Assembly (NCBI GenBank): GCA_019338205.1
Contig: GCA_019338205.1_4761.1
Direction: 5' to 3' (one strand)
DNA from: a phage
Length of the DNA: 64,000 nt
Shown: in pieces, positions 25,850 through 35,465 of the stretch
Layout of the letters: every line of letters starts with the position of its first letter
Numbering within the stretch: the first letter of the stretch is position 1
Notes under the pieces: model-generated
Database searches by the model: none
Told to the model about the DNA's origin: nothing
Seen by the model: the letters and a program-made list of their open reading frames with translations, nothing else
Translations under genes and position numbers: made by a program

Positions 25850-28528
25850 ATGTATTTTCTGTCATGTGAGCGAGTAGGTGATAAGATCTACGAGCGTTAT
25901 ATTGATTATGCTGGACAAGAACAAGAGCGTTACGTTGAATATACGCCAACATTATTTCATCATGCCGCGCCTGGTATGGTTACGAATTATAAAGATATCT
26001 ATGGCAAGCCTTGCATTGCTAAAAAATTCCCATCTATGAACGAGGCCAACAAATGGCGTAAAAAGATGGGAGAAATGGGGCAAGAGGCACTAGGGATGGA
26101 TGATTTTATCATCTCCTATCTGTCCGATACATATAAAGGCGAGATTCGATATGACCGAAATAAAATCCGTGTAGCGTGGGTTGATATTGAGGTCACTGCC
26201 CCAGAATTTCCTAAACCAGAAGAAGCGAAATATCCTATCGATGCAATTACGCATTATGATTCCGTACATGATCGTTTCTTTGTATTTGATTTGAAAGGAA
26301 AAAACGGTGAAATCTGGGAAGCAAGCAAGTCTATTCTTCGACCTGATATTGTGGAGCGCGTTGTTTATAACGTTTATGACACAGAAGATGAATTGCTGTT
26401 AGAATACATCCGATTCTTTGAGGAAAACCGACCCGTTGGTTTCACTGGCTGGAACACAGAAACATTCGATATTCCATATATCATTAAGCGTATCAGCAAT
26501 AAGTTTGGAAGTCGAACGGCAAACCGTTTAAGCCCGTGCGGTAAGATTAAATCCCGAATCTCACAGGATGATTTTGGCAACGAGCGTGAAGCATTTACGA
26601 TCATGGGGATCGAAAGCCTTGATTATATTGACCTGTACAAGAAATTTAGCTTTACGACTCAACCAACATATGCGTTAGATTATGTTGCTGAATATGAGAC
26701 AGGAATCGGTAAGGTTGATTATGATGGTCCGTTAAAGAAATTGCGTGATGACAATCATCAACTTTACATCGATTATAACATCGGCGACGTTGATCGTGTG
26801 CTGGCGATTGATAAAAAGCGTGGATTTATCGATCTTGTGTATAGTCTATGTTTCTATGCAAAGATTAAATTTAACCATGTTTATAACCCGATGAAAGTAT
26901 GGGATGCTATCATCTTCGGATCTCTGAAAGCTGAGGGTAAAGTAGTACCGGAAAATAAGATACAGCCTAAGCAGACTTATCCGGGCGCATTCGTAAAAGA
27001 ACCTGTGCCGAATGCTTACCGTTGGATGATGAGCTTTGACTTAACAAGTCTGTACCCATCTATTATTCGACAGGTTAATATTTCTCCTGAAACAATCGCT
27101 GGATCTTTTGATGCTGCACCGATGCACGAGTATATCAATAAAACTGCACCACGTCCGAGTGATGAGTATTCTTGCTCGCCTAACGGATGGATGTATAGAA
27201 AAGATATTCATGGTATCGTACCGATTGAGATTAAAAAGGTATTCGATCAGCGTAAGCAGTACAAAAACATGATGTTGGCATGTGATCGCAATGCTGAACT
27301 ATGTAAAGCGATTCTACACGATGAAAATCATGTTTATGGGGGAACCATTAGCTATAGCGTTGAAGTGCGTCACGACTTTGATGAAGCGTTTAAATCGATG
27401 CTTTCTGAATTAAGTAAAGATGCCTTAGAGAAATTGCTGGAAGAATGTAAAGACGAGTCGATCTTGTGCAATACAAACCAGCTTTCTCGAAAAGTTTTGA
27501 TTAACTCCCTTTATGGTGCGTTGGGGAATCCTAAATTCCGTTTTTATGATCTCCGTAACGCTAGTGCGATCACCTTGTTTGGTCAGCTTGCAATTCAGTG
27601 GATTGAGCGTAAGATTAACGAATACTTAAACGAGCTTTGCGGAACAACCGATTTTGCATATGTTCGTTATTGTGATACTGACTCCGTTTATGTGCTGGTT
27701 AACAATGTTGTTGATAAGGTTGGCGGGGAAGACCGTTTCGACGATACCGAAAAACTTGTTGACTTCCTTGATAATTTCGGTAAACATCGAATGGAACCGA
27801 TTATCGACAAAGGATATCGCGAGTTATGCGAGTACATGAACAACTACGAGCACTTGATGTTTATGGACCGCGAGGCAATTGCTGGTCCTCCGTTGAAATC
27901 TGCGGGTATCGGTGGATTCTGGACTGGTAAAAAGCGTTATGCTCTTAATGTTTGGGATATGGAAGGAACGCGCTTTGCTGAACCTAAGCTAAAAATCATG
28001 GGCTTGGAAACGCAACGTAGCTCTACACCTAAAGCATGTCAGAAATCACTGAAAGAATGTATTCGCCGTATGTTGCAGGAAGGGGAAGAATCGCTACAGA
28101 AATACTACGGTATTTTTGAGCAAGAATTTAGAAAACTTGACTATCTTGAGGTTGCTGCGGTATCATCTGCAAACAACCTACAGAAATACAGCGATTCAAA
28201 CGGGTATCCGATTAAGGGTTGTCCGTATGCGGTTAAGAGTGTATTGTGTTATAATCGTAATGCTCGAAAATTCGGACTAGATCCGATTCGTGAAGGCGAG
28301 AAGGTTATGATTGTACCGCTTAAAGATCGAAATCCGTTTGGAGAAATCTGTTTTGGTTGGTTGTCTGGTACTCGTATTCCTCCAGAAATTGAATCAGAGG
28401 TGTTGAAGTGGTTGGACTGGCCTTTGTTGTTTAATAAGACTTTCGTCAAACCACTGGAGAACATTACCACGGCTGCAAAGCTGCAATATGAAAAGGTGGC
28501 ATCGCTCACGGACCTGTTTGACATTTAA
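25850..28528 (+). CDS. 43: family B DNA polymerase gp43
   Basis: Exo motifs (DIEV, YNIGDVD), polymerase motifs (DLTSLYPSII, YCDTDS); ~892 aa. Confidence 0.9.
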   Translation: MYFLSCERVGDKIYERYIDYAGQEQERYVEYTPTLFHHAAPGMVTNYKDIYGKPCIAKKFPSMNEANKWRKKMGEMGQEALGMDDFIISYLSDTYKGEIRYDRNKIRVAWVDIEVTAPEFPKPEEAKYPIDAITHYDSVHDRFFVFDLKGKNGEIWEASKSILRPDIVERVVYNVYDTEDELLLEYIRFFEENRPVGFTGWNTETFDIPYIIKRISNKFGSRTANRLSPCGKIKSRISQDDFGNEREAFTIMGIESLDYIDLYKKFSFTTQPTYALDYVAEYETGIGKVDYDGPLKKLRDDNHQLYIDYNIGDVDRVLAIDKKRGFIDLVYSLCFYAKIKFNHVYNPMKVWDAIIFGSLKAEGKVVPENKIQPKQTYPGAFVKEPVPNAYRWMMSFDLTSLYPSIIRQVNISPETIAGSFDAAPMHEYINKTAPRPSDEYSCSPNGWMYRKDIHGIVPIEIKKVFDQRKQYKNMMLACDRNAELCKAILHDENHVYGGTISYSVEVRHDFDEAFKSMLSELSKDALEKLLEECKDESILCNTNQLSRKVLINSLYGALGNPKFRFYDLRNASAITLFGQLAIQWIERKINEYLNELCGTTDFAYVRYCDTDSVYVLVNNVVDKVGGEDRFDDTEKLVDFLDNFGKHRMEPIIDKGYRELCEYMNNYEHLMFMDREAIAGPPLKSAGIGGFWTGKKRYALNVWDMEGTRFAEPKLKIMGLETQRSSTPKACQKSLKECIRRMLQEGEESLQKYYGIFEQEFRKLDYLEVAAVSSANNLQKYSDSNGYPIKGCPYAVKSVLCYNRNARKFGLDPIREGEKVMIVPLKDRNPFGEICFGWLSGTRIPPEIESEVLKWLDWPLLFNKTFVKPLENITTAAKLQYEKVASLTDLFDI

Positions 28529-28546
28529 GATAAAGTGTGTATAATG
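28518..28546 (+). promoter_or_regulatory. sigma70-like promoter
   Basis: TTGACA 28518-28523, TATAAT 28540-28545. Confidence 0.55.
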
Positions 28547-28589
28547 GCGGGTGTTGGGTTACGATACCCACCAATGTGAGAAATATATT

Positions 28590-28778
28590 ATGAGAGACAT
28601 TGAAAAGATTAAACGTGAACGTGAGGAAGGCATAGAGCATTTCAAGAAAGTTCACGGAAATCACAGCAACGAAGTATTTGTGACGATCAATGTTGATGCG
28701 ATGAAAAAGTTAATTCAAGAGCACTACAAAGATCGAATAACAATGAAGCAATTAAAGTATTACGGATTAACTGAATAG
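28590..28778 (+). CDS. hypothetical small protein
   Basis: 62 aa ORF, GAGAAATATATTATG. Confidence 0.45.
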   Translation: MRDIEKIKREREEGIEHFKKVHGNHSNEVFVTINVDAMKKLIQEHYKDRITMKQLKYYGLTE

Positions 28779-28789
28779 AGGTATTAATA

Positions 28790-29860
28790 ATGTCTGTACT
28801 GGAAAAACTGAAAAAGAACTCTACCCTGAAAACTACTGCGGTACTGTCTAAATCCAGCTTCTTTAACGAAAAAACAAATACTCGCACTAAGATCCCGATG
28901 CTGAATATTGCGTTTTCAGGTGATCTTAAAAAGGGCTTTCAATCTGGTCTGATTTTCTTTGCTGGTCCGTCTAAGCACTTTAAATCAAACATGGGATTAA
29001 CTTGTGTTAGTGCATACATGAAACAGAATCCTGATGCGGCGTGTTTGTTCTTTGATTCTGAGTTCGGTATTACACCCGCTTATCTTGAATCTATGGGTGT
29101 AGATCCTGATCGCGTGGTGCATGTTCCAATCAAGAACATCGAAGAACTTAAATTTGAAATCATGAACCAGCTTGAGCAAATTACCCGTGAAGATAAAGTG
29201 ATCATCTTTATTGACTCAATCGGTAACTTAGCAAGTAAAAAAGAAGTTGAAGACGCGATTAATGAGAAATCCGCACAGGATATGACGCGAGCGAAAGCAC
29301 TTAAAGGCTTGTTCCGTATGGTTACGCCGTATCTGACTATGAATGATATCCCGTGCATCGCTATTAACCACACTTACGAAACGCAAGAAATGTTTAGTAA
29401 GACCGTTATGTCCGGCGGTACGGGCGCGATGTATTCAGCCAATGAAGTTTTCATTATTGGTCGTCGTCAGCAGAAAGAAGGAACCGAAATTACTGGTTAT
29501 GATTTTATCCTGAATGCGGAAAAATCACGAACCGTTAAAGAAAAATCGAAGTTCCCGATTAGCGTAACATTTAGCGGTGGCATCGATCCTTATTCTGGCT
29601 TGCTGGAATTGGCTGTAGAGTTAGGTTGGGTAGTGAAACCGTCAAACGGCTGGTATTCTCGTTCCATCCTGAATACTGAGACCGGAGAGATGGAAACCGA
29701 AGAACGCAAGTTCCGTGCTAAAGAAACCAATAGCATTGAGTTCTGGAAACCACTTCTGACAAACGATAAGTTTAACGAAGCAATCAACGATCATTATAAG
29801 CTGGGGCAAGTGATCAGCGACGAAGCAGTTGACAAAGAAATCGAAGATATGTTAGCATAA
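28790..29860 (+). CDS. uvsX: recombinase UvsX (RecA-like)
   Basis: FAGPSKHFKSN Walker A, strong resemblance to T4 UvsX over the ATPase core. Confidence 0.9.
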   Translation: MSVLEKLKKNSTLKTTAVLSKSSFFNEKTNTRTKIPMLNIAFSGDLKKGFQSGLIFFAGPSKHFKSNMGLTCVSAYMKQNPDAACLFFDSEFGITPAYLESMGVDPDRVVHVPIKNIEELKFEIMNQLEQITREDKVIIFIDSIGNLASKKEVEDAINEKSAQDMTRAKALKGLFRMVTPYLTMNDIPCIAINHTYETQEMFSKTVMSGGTGAMYSANEVFIIGRRQQKEGTEITGYDFILNAEKSRTVKEKSKFPISVTFSGGIDPYSGLLELAVELGWVVKPSNGWYSRSILNTETGEMETEERKFRAKETNSIEFWKPLLTNDKFNEAINDHYKLGQVISDEAVDKEIEDMLA

Positions 29861-29871
29861 CAATGGTAGTA

Positions 29872-29894
29872 AAGGGGCTACGTGCCCCTTTTTC
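29872..29894 (+). terminator. intrinsic terminator
   Basis: AGGGGCTACGTGCCCCT hairpin + TTTTT. Confidence 0.65.
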
Positions 29895-29915
29895 ATATCT
29901 AGAGAGGATTATATT

Positions 29916-30233
29916 ATGGATAAGAAACCAACAAGTTTAGAAGAAGCACACAGCTTGATTCAAGAAGCAATGAAGACAGTTATTCAGGAATTGATAATTG
30001 TTGATGAAGAGGGAGAACATCATATTGTCTATATTCATAATGTTGAATACGATCCAGACACTAAAGGTATTATGGTCGACTACTCCACGCCGTCAGATCG
30101 TGATGTGGTATATCCACACGTCATTAAGGCGTTAACCGCGCAGATCAAAGAAGCAGAAGAAAAGTTGAAAAAAGAAACTTTCTGGTATAAACTCAAGACC
30201 TTTGTTATGCGTGTAGTTGGGGGCTATGTATGA
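29916..30233 (+). CDS. hypothetical protein (gene 40 position)
   Basis: GAGAGGATTATATTATG; 105 aa between uvsX and 41. Confidence 0.5.
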   Translation: MDKKPTSLEEAHSLIQEAMKTVIQELIIVDEEGEHHIVYIHNVEYDPDTKGIMVDYSTPSDRDVVYPHVIKALTAQIKEAEEKLKKETFWYKLKTFVMRVVGGYV

Positions 30234-31642
30234 TTAAAACTATCTTTTCACAGTTGATTTACAATGGCGCATTCTTTACGAATGTATGGCCTCACCTTAA
30301 AGCGGACTACTTCACCGAAGACGAAGAAAAACTGATTTATAAGCTGATTAAAAAGCACGTAGACGAATATTCCAATATTCCTACGCCAACTGCATTACAG
30401 ATTGCTTTAGACAAGGAGAGAGGCAATCAGACAACATATGAAGGGGCTAAAACTCTTCTTGATTCGCTTGAGAATACACCGGAAGACCTTGATTGGTTAA
30501 TGAAGGAAACCGAAAAATTTATTCGTGACCGCGCTATGTATAATGCAATGTCACGGGCGCTAGAGATTCAGGCGAACGCACAACTACCAAAAGAGAAACA
30601 GAATAAGAAATTGCCGAGTGAGGGTGCTATCCCTGAGATCATGCAGGAAGCACTATCCATTACGTTTGATTCTGATGTAGGTCATGACTGGTTTAATGAC
30701 TTTGAAAAACGATTCTTGCTATATCAGACTAAGGCGAATAAGATCCCGTTTAAGCTGCCGATGTTGAATAAAATCACGAAAGGAGGGGCGGAAAGAAAAA
30801 CGCTAAATGTGTTGCTTGCTGGTGTAAACGTTGGTAAATCGCTTGGCTTGTGTTCTCTTGCTGCGGATTATATGGAATGTGGTTATGATGTATTGTATAT
30901 CTCAATGGAGATGGCAGAGCATGTCGTAGCCAAACGTATCGACGCAAACTTGCTTGACATTACATTAGATGAATTGGATAATGGTAATGTTTCTTTTGCG
31001 GAATATTCCGCACGTATGAAGCGTGTTAAGAATAAGAAGATCGGGGATCGTCCGGTTGGAAAATTGATGATCAAGCAGTATCCGACTGGTGGCGCAAACT
31101 CCAATCACTTTGAGGCGTTAATGAATGAATTGCGACTCAAGAAACAGTTTAAACCTGATGTTGTGATTGTTGACTATCTGGGGATTTGCGCATCGTCTCG
31201 CTTGCGTGTATACTCTGAAAATAGTTACACACTAGTTAAGGCGATTGCGGAAGAACTGCGAGGATTTTTTGTTAAGTGGGATGTTGTTGGTTGGACTGCG
31301 GCACAGACTACCCGCGAGGGTTGGGATGCTTCCGACCTTAACATGAGTGATACCGCTGAATCAGCAGGTCTTCCGGCTACTGCCGACTTTATGTTGGGTG
31401 TTATCGAAACCGAAGACCTGGCTAAAATGGGCGTCCAACTCATGAAGCAGATCAAGTCTCGTTACGGTGATAAGAACTATTATTCACGGTTTAACGTTGG
31501 TGTGAAGAAAGGCAATCAGCGTTGGTATGAAGTACCAAACCAGATCGCAGATCAGGAGAATGCACAAGTTAAACCACAAAGCGCACAGCAAGCCGAGAAA
31601 CGAGAAAAACTCGACGAGCTAGCAAATAACATGACTTTCTAA
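30230..31642 (+). CDS. 41: replicative helicase gp41 (DnaB-like)
   Basis: Walker A GVNVGKSLG, Walker B VVIVDYLG; 470 aa. Confidence 0.85.
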   Translation: MIKTIFSQLIYNGAFFTNVWPHLKADYFTEDEEKLIYKLIKKHVDEYSNIPTPTALQIALDKERGNQTTYEGAKTLLDSLENTPEDLDWLMKETEKFIRDRAMYNAMSRALEIQANAQLPKEKQNKKLPSEGAIPEIMQEALSITFDSDVGHDWFNDFEKRFLLYQTKANKIPFKLPMLNKITKGGAERKTLNVLLAGVNVGKSLGLCSLAADYMECGYDVLYISMEMAEHVVAKRIDANLLDITLDELDNGNVSFAEYSARMKRVKNKKIGDRPVGKLMIKQYPTGGANSNHFEALMNELRLKKQFKPDVVIVDYLGICASSRLRVYSENSYTLVKAIAEELRGFFVKWDVVGWTAAQTTREGWDASDLNMSDTAESAGLPATADFMLGVIETEDLAKMGVQLMKQIKSRYGDKNYYSRFNVGVKKGNQRWYEVPNQIADQENAQVKPQSAQQAEKREKLDELANNMTF

Positions 31643-31692
31643 TAAAATGCGCCCTACGGGGCGCTGGTGAATGATTTGATAGGAGATATAAC

Positions 31693-32328
31693 ATGATCGC
31701 TAATGCTTTACCGCCAAAATGGATCGTAAGTCGCTTTTATACTCTCAAGGAAGGTAACGCACCTGATGGTCGTCCGATCCGAGATCTGTTTCTGGAGATG
31801 ACTACAGCCGAAGCACAGTTTTATAATGATCTGACAGACGATAAGCCATTTCTCGTAAATTCGGTGGACCTTGATGGCAATGTCACATCAATCATCACAC
31901 ATGGTGGGGGAGTGAAAAATATTACTTCTCTGCGTGATCACGGTTGGGAAATTGCTTGTGTATTTCCTGCGGATGTACGCGGATTCTTTGATGAGGTATC
32001 TGATATTAAAGTAAATGCACTGGAACCATATGACGAGATCCCACCACTGAAAGAAGAAAAAGAGTTGACACCGGAAGATGTAGATAGTACACTACACCCC
32101 GACCTATTTAAGAAGATTAGCGGTTTATGGACTGTTACCCTGTATCCAACCGCATTAGGTCTAGAATTGGGTATGCCAACTTATTCTGATATTGATAACT
32201 GGAATAAGAGCATTGATAAAGATGTTGAAAAACAGCGAAATAATGCTAAAATGCAACTTAAAGAGAAACGCAAAGATCTTGAACGACAACTGAAAGAAAC
32301 AAAACATTTGCTTTCTACATTCGCTTGA
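31693..32328 (+). CDS. hypothetical protein
   Basis: 211 aa ORF. Confidence 0.5.
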   Translation: MIANALPPKWIVSRFYTLKEGNAPDGRPIRDLFLEMTTAEAQFYNDLTDDKPFLVNSVDLDGNVTSIITHGGGVKNITSLRDHGWEIACVFPADVRGFFDEVSDIKVNALEPYDEIPPLKEEKELTPEDVDSTLHPDLFKKISGLWTVTLYPTALGLELGMPTYSDIDNWNKSIDKDVEKQRNNAKMQLKEKRKDLERQLKETKHLLSTFA

Positions 32329-32358
32329 TCTATAATGAAACTCTAAGGAGACTATATT

Positions 32359-32736
32359 ATGAAAAATATGATTACGCCGGAAGATGTAGCATTCAAAACC
32401 GCATTCAACGGAGATATTCTTATTTTTATCGACGGTAAACACGCCGGAATGATTGAACCGGAAGGTCGCTGGGGTGTTGCTGAACTATATAACGTGGCGG
32501 GTGTAGAAGGTCATAAAACAGCACTTGTTTTCTTGTCAGATAAAGATCAAATGCGTCGAAAAATTGCTGCGCTCTATAATGAAGCAGTATATTTCTACGA
32601 ACCGTTTCATCGTATTAAAACGATCTCCCGCGTGACTCGAAAAGATGTTAATGCTTGTGTTATCAAGATTGTAGAGAATCAGGATAAACTGACGAAAGAC
32701 CAGATTGTTGACTTACTGAAAGAGATTATTCTATGA
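32359..32736 (+). CDS. hypothetical protein
   Basis: 125 aa ORF, AAGGAG RBS; possible promoter TTGCTT-17-TATAAT at 32308-32336. Confidence 0.5.
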   Translation: MKNMITPEDVAFKTAFNGDILIFIDGKHAGMIEPEGRWGVAELYNVAGVEGHKTALVFLSDKDQMRRKIAALYNEAVYFYEPFHRIKTISRVTRKDVNACVIKIVENQDKLTKDQIVDLLKEIIL

Positions 32737-32908
32737 TTGGATTTAAACAGTTTGTTGAAGAAAATAAACTCAAAGAAGATATGACCGCTGGCGATGCTGG
32801 CGGCAATCCTGAGAAGATCGCAGCAGGTGAAACGAGCGGATCTATTACCAATCGTGGACCTAGTGTAGCGGGTAAAGAAAAACGCAAAAAGGAGAAAGAC
32901 GGTGCTTA
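32732..32908 (+). CDS. hypothetical small protein
   Basis: 58 aa ORF, overlapping coupling. Confidence 0.3.
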
Positions 32909-33059
32909 GTATCATCATGTTTATCGTTGGCTTGCTGTCCGCTATTGTCGGTGTTGTTGTTTTCGGATTATCTGGACACAAAACAAAAACAGAAAAGTTA
33001 TCCGAGATCACAATGTATGTTGGTGTAGTTCTCATTCTGTTGTCGGTGGCGCTTAAATG
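32897..33059 (+). CDS. hypothetical small membrane protein
   Basis: 53 aa, two hydrophobic segments; GTG start. Confidence 0.3.
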
Positions 33060-33260
33060 ATTACGATGAAATGTCTTAAAAGCACATATGCACTTTTTGA
33101 AGCCGGAAAAGAATATGAATTTACAGAACTTGATTCGGTAGGCCGTTTTCGTGTATTCTCTTACACATCGCCAGATGGTAGTGTCTACAAATTTGGCTTA
33201 GATGAAAACGGAGAGAATGAAAATGAAAGTGTAGGAACTTTCATGAAATTTGAGCTATAA
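33057..33260 (+). CDS. hypothetical protein
   Basis: 67 aa ORF. Confidence 0.4.
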   Translation: MITMKCLKSTYALFEAGKEYEFTELDSVGRFRVFSYTSPDGSVYKFGLDENGENENESVGTFMKFEL

Positions 33261-33269
33261 GAGGTTATT

Positions 33270-34298
33270 ATGATTTACTACGCAGATTATGAAATAGCGG
33301 AAAAAGCCATATACGGCGAACGAAATTTTAAACGGTTGCATACTAGCTCATTTACGCTGGTCTGTAGTTGTCCGATCTGCGGTGACTCAAAGAAAAATCA
33401 TACTCAAGCGCGATTCCGTATCTATACCTATAAGGATAGTTTGCGTTGCGGCTGTTTCAACTGTAACTACAATCAGCCATTAGGTGAATTTCTCAAACAG
33501 TATAAGCCGGACCTATTCAGGGAATGGCTTATGGAACGACGGAAGGAACAAGGCGACCACAAGAACACCACGTTCAAGCCACTGAAAAAGGTAGAAAAGC
33601 CGGAGATTAAGAAAGTGCAAACATTGCCTTTCTGCGAGAGATTAGATACTCTTCCGGCTAATCATCCTATAATAAAGTATGTCAGTGATCGCTGTATTCC
33701 TCACGATAAATGGGATCTTCTGTATTTCACGAGAGAATGGCAAAAGGTAGCAAATCACATTAAGGCTGATACTTTCAAGAATCCACAACCTGAACCGCGT
33801 TTAGTGATTCCTATCTTTAACCGCGAGAACAAGATAGAATCCATTCAGGGGCGAGCATTGAGAAAGGATTACGGAAAGACCAAATATATGACGATTAAAA
33901 CTCATGAGTTAGCGAGTAAGGTCTATGGTCTTGAACGCGCCGATCCGAGTAAACCAGTGTATTTCTTAGAAGGTCCGATCGATTCATTGTTTATTGATAA
34001 CGGGTGTGCAATTACTGGCGGTACTTTGGGATTAGATGAAATCCCTTTCCCAGACCAGCGAGTGTTTGTACTTGATGCGGAACCACGGTCTGCCGATACA
34101 ATGCACCGACTGGAAAAGTTTATCAATGCAGGGGAAAAGATTGTATTGTGGGACCGTTGCCCGTGGCATTCTAAAGACGTTAACGCCATGATTCAGGACG
34201 AGGGCGCTACACGCGACCAGATCATGGAATATATCAAAGAGAACACCGTACAAGGTCTGATGGCTAAAATGCGGTTTATGAAATATTGTAAATTTTAA
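33270..34298 (+). CDS. 61: DNA primase gp61
   Basis: N-terminal zinc ribbon CPICGDS..CGCFNC; TOPRIM-like core; 342 aa; adjacent to gp41. Confidence 0.8.
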   Translation: MIYYADYEIAEKAIYGERNFKRLHTSSFTLVCSCPICGDSKKNHTQARFRIYTYKDSLRCGCFNCNYNQPLGEFLKQYKPDLFREWLMERRKEQGDHKNTTFKPLKKVEKPEIKKVQTLPFCERLDTLPANHPIIKYVSDRCIPHDKWDLLYFTREWQKVANHIKADTFKNPQPEPRLVIPIFNRENKIESIQGRALRKDYGKTKYMTIKTHELASKVYGLERADPSKPVYFLEGPIDSLFIDNGCAITGGTLGLDEIPFPDQRVFVLDAEPRSADTMHRLEKFINAGEKIVLWDRCPWHSKDVNAMIQDEGATRDQIMEYIKENTVQGLMAKMRFMKYCKF

Positions 34299-34312
34299 TT
34301 AATGAGGTGAAT

Positions 34313-34831
34313 ATGTCAGAATTTAATTCTTGTGCTGGTCTGGTTAACGAAAAAGATATTAACGCGGCTATCGCCGCATATCATCACGCGATTGCAGAAG
34401 GTAAAGATCCGTTTCAGGTGATGCTAGAAATGCAAACTGGTTTGCAGGTTGCATTATCCGAAAAATTTGATTGGGTCCCAAATCCAACTAAGCTAGAGAC
34501 TTGCGGTGAAATGCTGGATTGGATGCAACGGATGGATGACGCTATCGCAGACGAAACACGAGAGCTTTACACATCGCTGGGTGGAATGTCCAATGGTAAA
34601 GATGCAAGTGCAATCTGGAAAATGTGGAAAAAGAACCACGGAGAAGCGCGAGCGCGTAAATTCTCTGAACTGTCACCGGAAGATCAGCTTGAAGTGAAAT
34701 TTGAATTTGTGGACGCGATCCACTTCATTCTGTCAAAGATGATCCCGCTGGGTATTGACGCTCAAGAACTCTTTATTCTGTACTATCTGAAAAATGCTGA
34801 AAACTTCGCCCGTCAAGAACGCGGCTACTAA
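34313..34831 (+). CDS. MazG-like NTP pyrophosphohydrolase (gene 56 dCTPase family candidate)
   Basis: acidic helix motifs (DDAIADETRE, EVKFEFVDAIHFIL) and size ~172 aa; position beside primase. Confidence 0.45.
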   Translation: MSEFNSCAGLVNEKDINAAIAAYHHAIAEGKDPFQVMLEMQTGLQVALSEKFDWVPNPTKLETCGEMLDWMQRMDDAIADETRELYTSLGGMSNGKDASAIWKMWKKNHGEARARKFSELSPEDQLEVKFEFVDAIHFILSKMIPLGIDAQELFILYYLKNAENFARQERGY

Positions 34832-34838
34832 AAATTAG

Positions 34839-34867
34839 TTGACACTACTCTATAATGGTTTTATTAT
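34839..34867 (+). promoter_or_regulatory. candidate sigma70 promoter
   Basis: TTGACA 34839-34844, 17 bp spacer, TATTAT 34862-34867. Confidence 0.35.
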
Positions 34868-34897
34868 GCCTCCCGTCGAAAGATTGGAGGCTTTTTT
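34868..34897 (+). terminator. terminator-like hairpin that sequesters the downstream Shine-Dalgarno
   Basis: GCCTCC..GGAGGC stem + TTTTTT; GGAGG of 3' arm is the only RBS for ATG 34901. Confidence 0.55.
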
Positions 34898-34900
34898 ATT

Positions 34901-35404
34901 ATGCAATTTACACCAGAAGAACTTAACATCATTGATGAAGTGATGAACTCTAAAGAAAATATCGATATGTCGATCCTTAATGGATTGATCGAAAAGACTG
35001 AGCGGTTAGTGCATCATGAAGCCTTGTATCGCGGTGTGAGCAAAAGAGAAGGCCGTAAGCTGGATACCTTAATTGTTGGTGATTCTTTCGTTGTAGAGCG
35101 TCCTATGAGCTTTACGCCACTGCAATCAACAGCAGAGGACTTTGCAACCGATGTTTATGCAACAGGAAAGATTATTGCAATAAAACCTACCAAGCCTTGC
35201 ATGAATTATTACGAACATGCTATTGACCGAGTGGTGTCTAAAGAGTATGACAATCCGACTACTCGACTGTCTTTGTATGCTATGTTGGCAGATGAGCGCG
35301 AGTGCATATACAAGACAGGGACGACCATGATCCTTGATGAGATCGAGGAAGTTTACGCGTGTAATGGCGATCTGATAGAGATTTACAAATTTTCTTTAAT
35401 TTAA
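34901..35404 (+). CDS. candidate ADP-ribosyltransferase (ModA/ModB-like)
   Basis: R-S-ExE-like arrangement (LYRG, STAED, ADEREC) and synteny upstream of dda; weak. Confidence 0.3.
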   Translation: MQFTPEELNIIDEVMNSKENIDMSILNGLIEKTERLVHHEALYRGVSKREGRKLDTLIVGDSFVVERPMSFTPLQSTAEDFATDVYATGKIIAIKPTKPCMNYYEHAIDRVVSKEYDNPTTRLSLYAMLADERECIYKTGTTMILDEIEEVYACNGDLIEIYKFSLI

Positions 35405-35407
35405 GTG

Positions 35408-35436
35408 TTGACAGCACAAACCAGATAGACAATAAT
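35408..35436 (+). promoter_or_regulatory. sigma70-like promoter
   Basis: TTGACA 35408-35413, A/T-rich -10 region, C/A-rich leader. Confidence 0.4.
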
Positions 35437-35465
35437 ACACCCATACCAACTAAGGAGAATCAATT

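Noticed and set aside
34313-34831. Confident assignment as T4 gp56 dCTPase, implying hydroxymethylcytosine DNA
   Set aside because: The motifs support only a MazG-like pyrophosphatase, and gene 42 and the glucosyltransferases are missing from their expected positions; kept as a family-level call only.
34839-34856. TTGACA followed by TATAAT at only 6 bp spacing
   Set aside because: Spacing is incompatible with sigma70; the TATTAT 17 bp downstream of the TTGACA was used as the candidate -10 instead, at low confidence.
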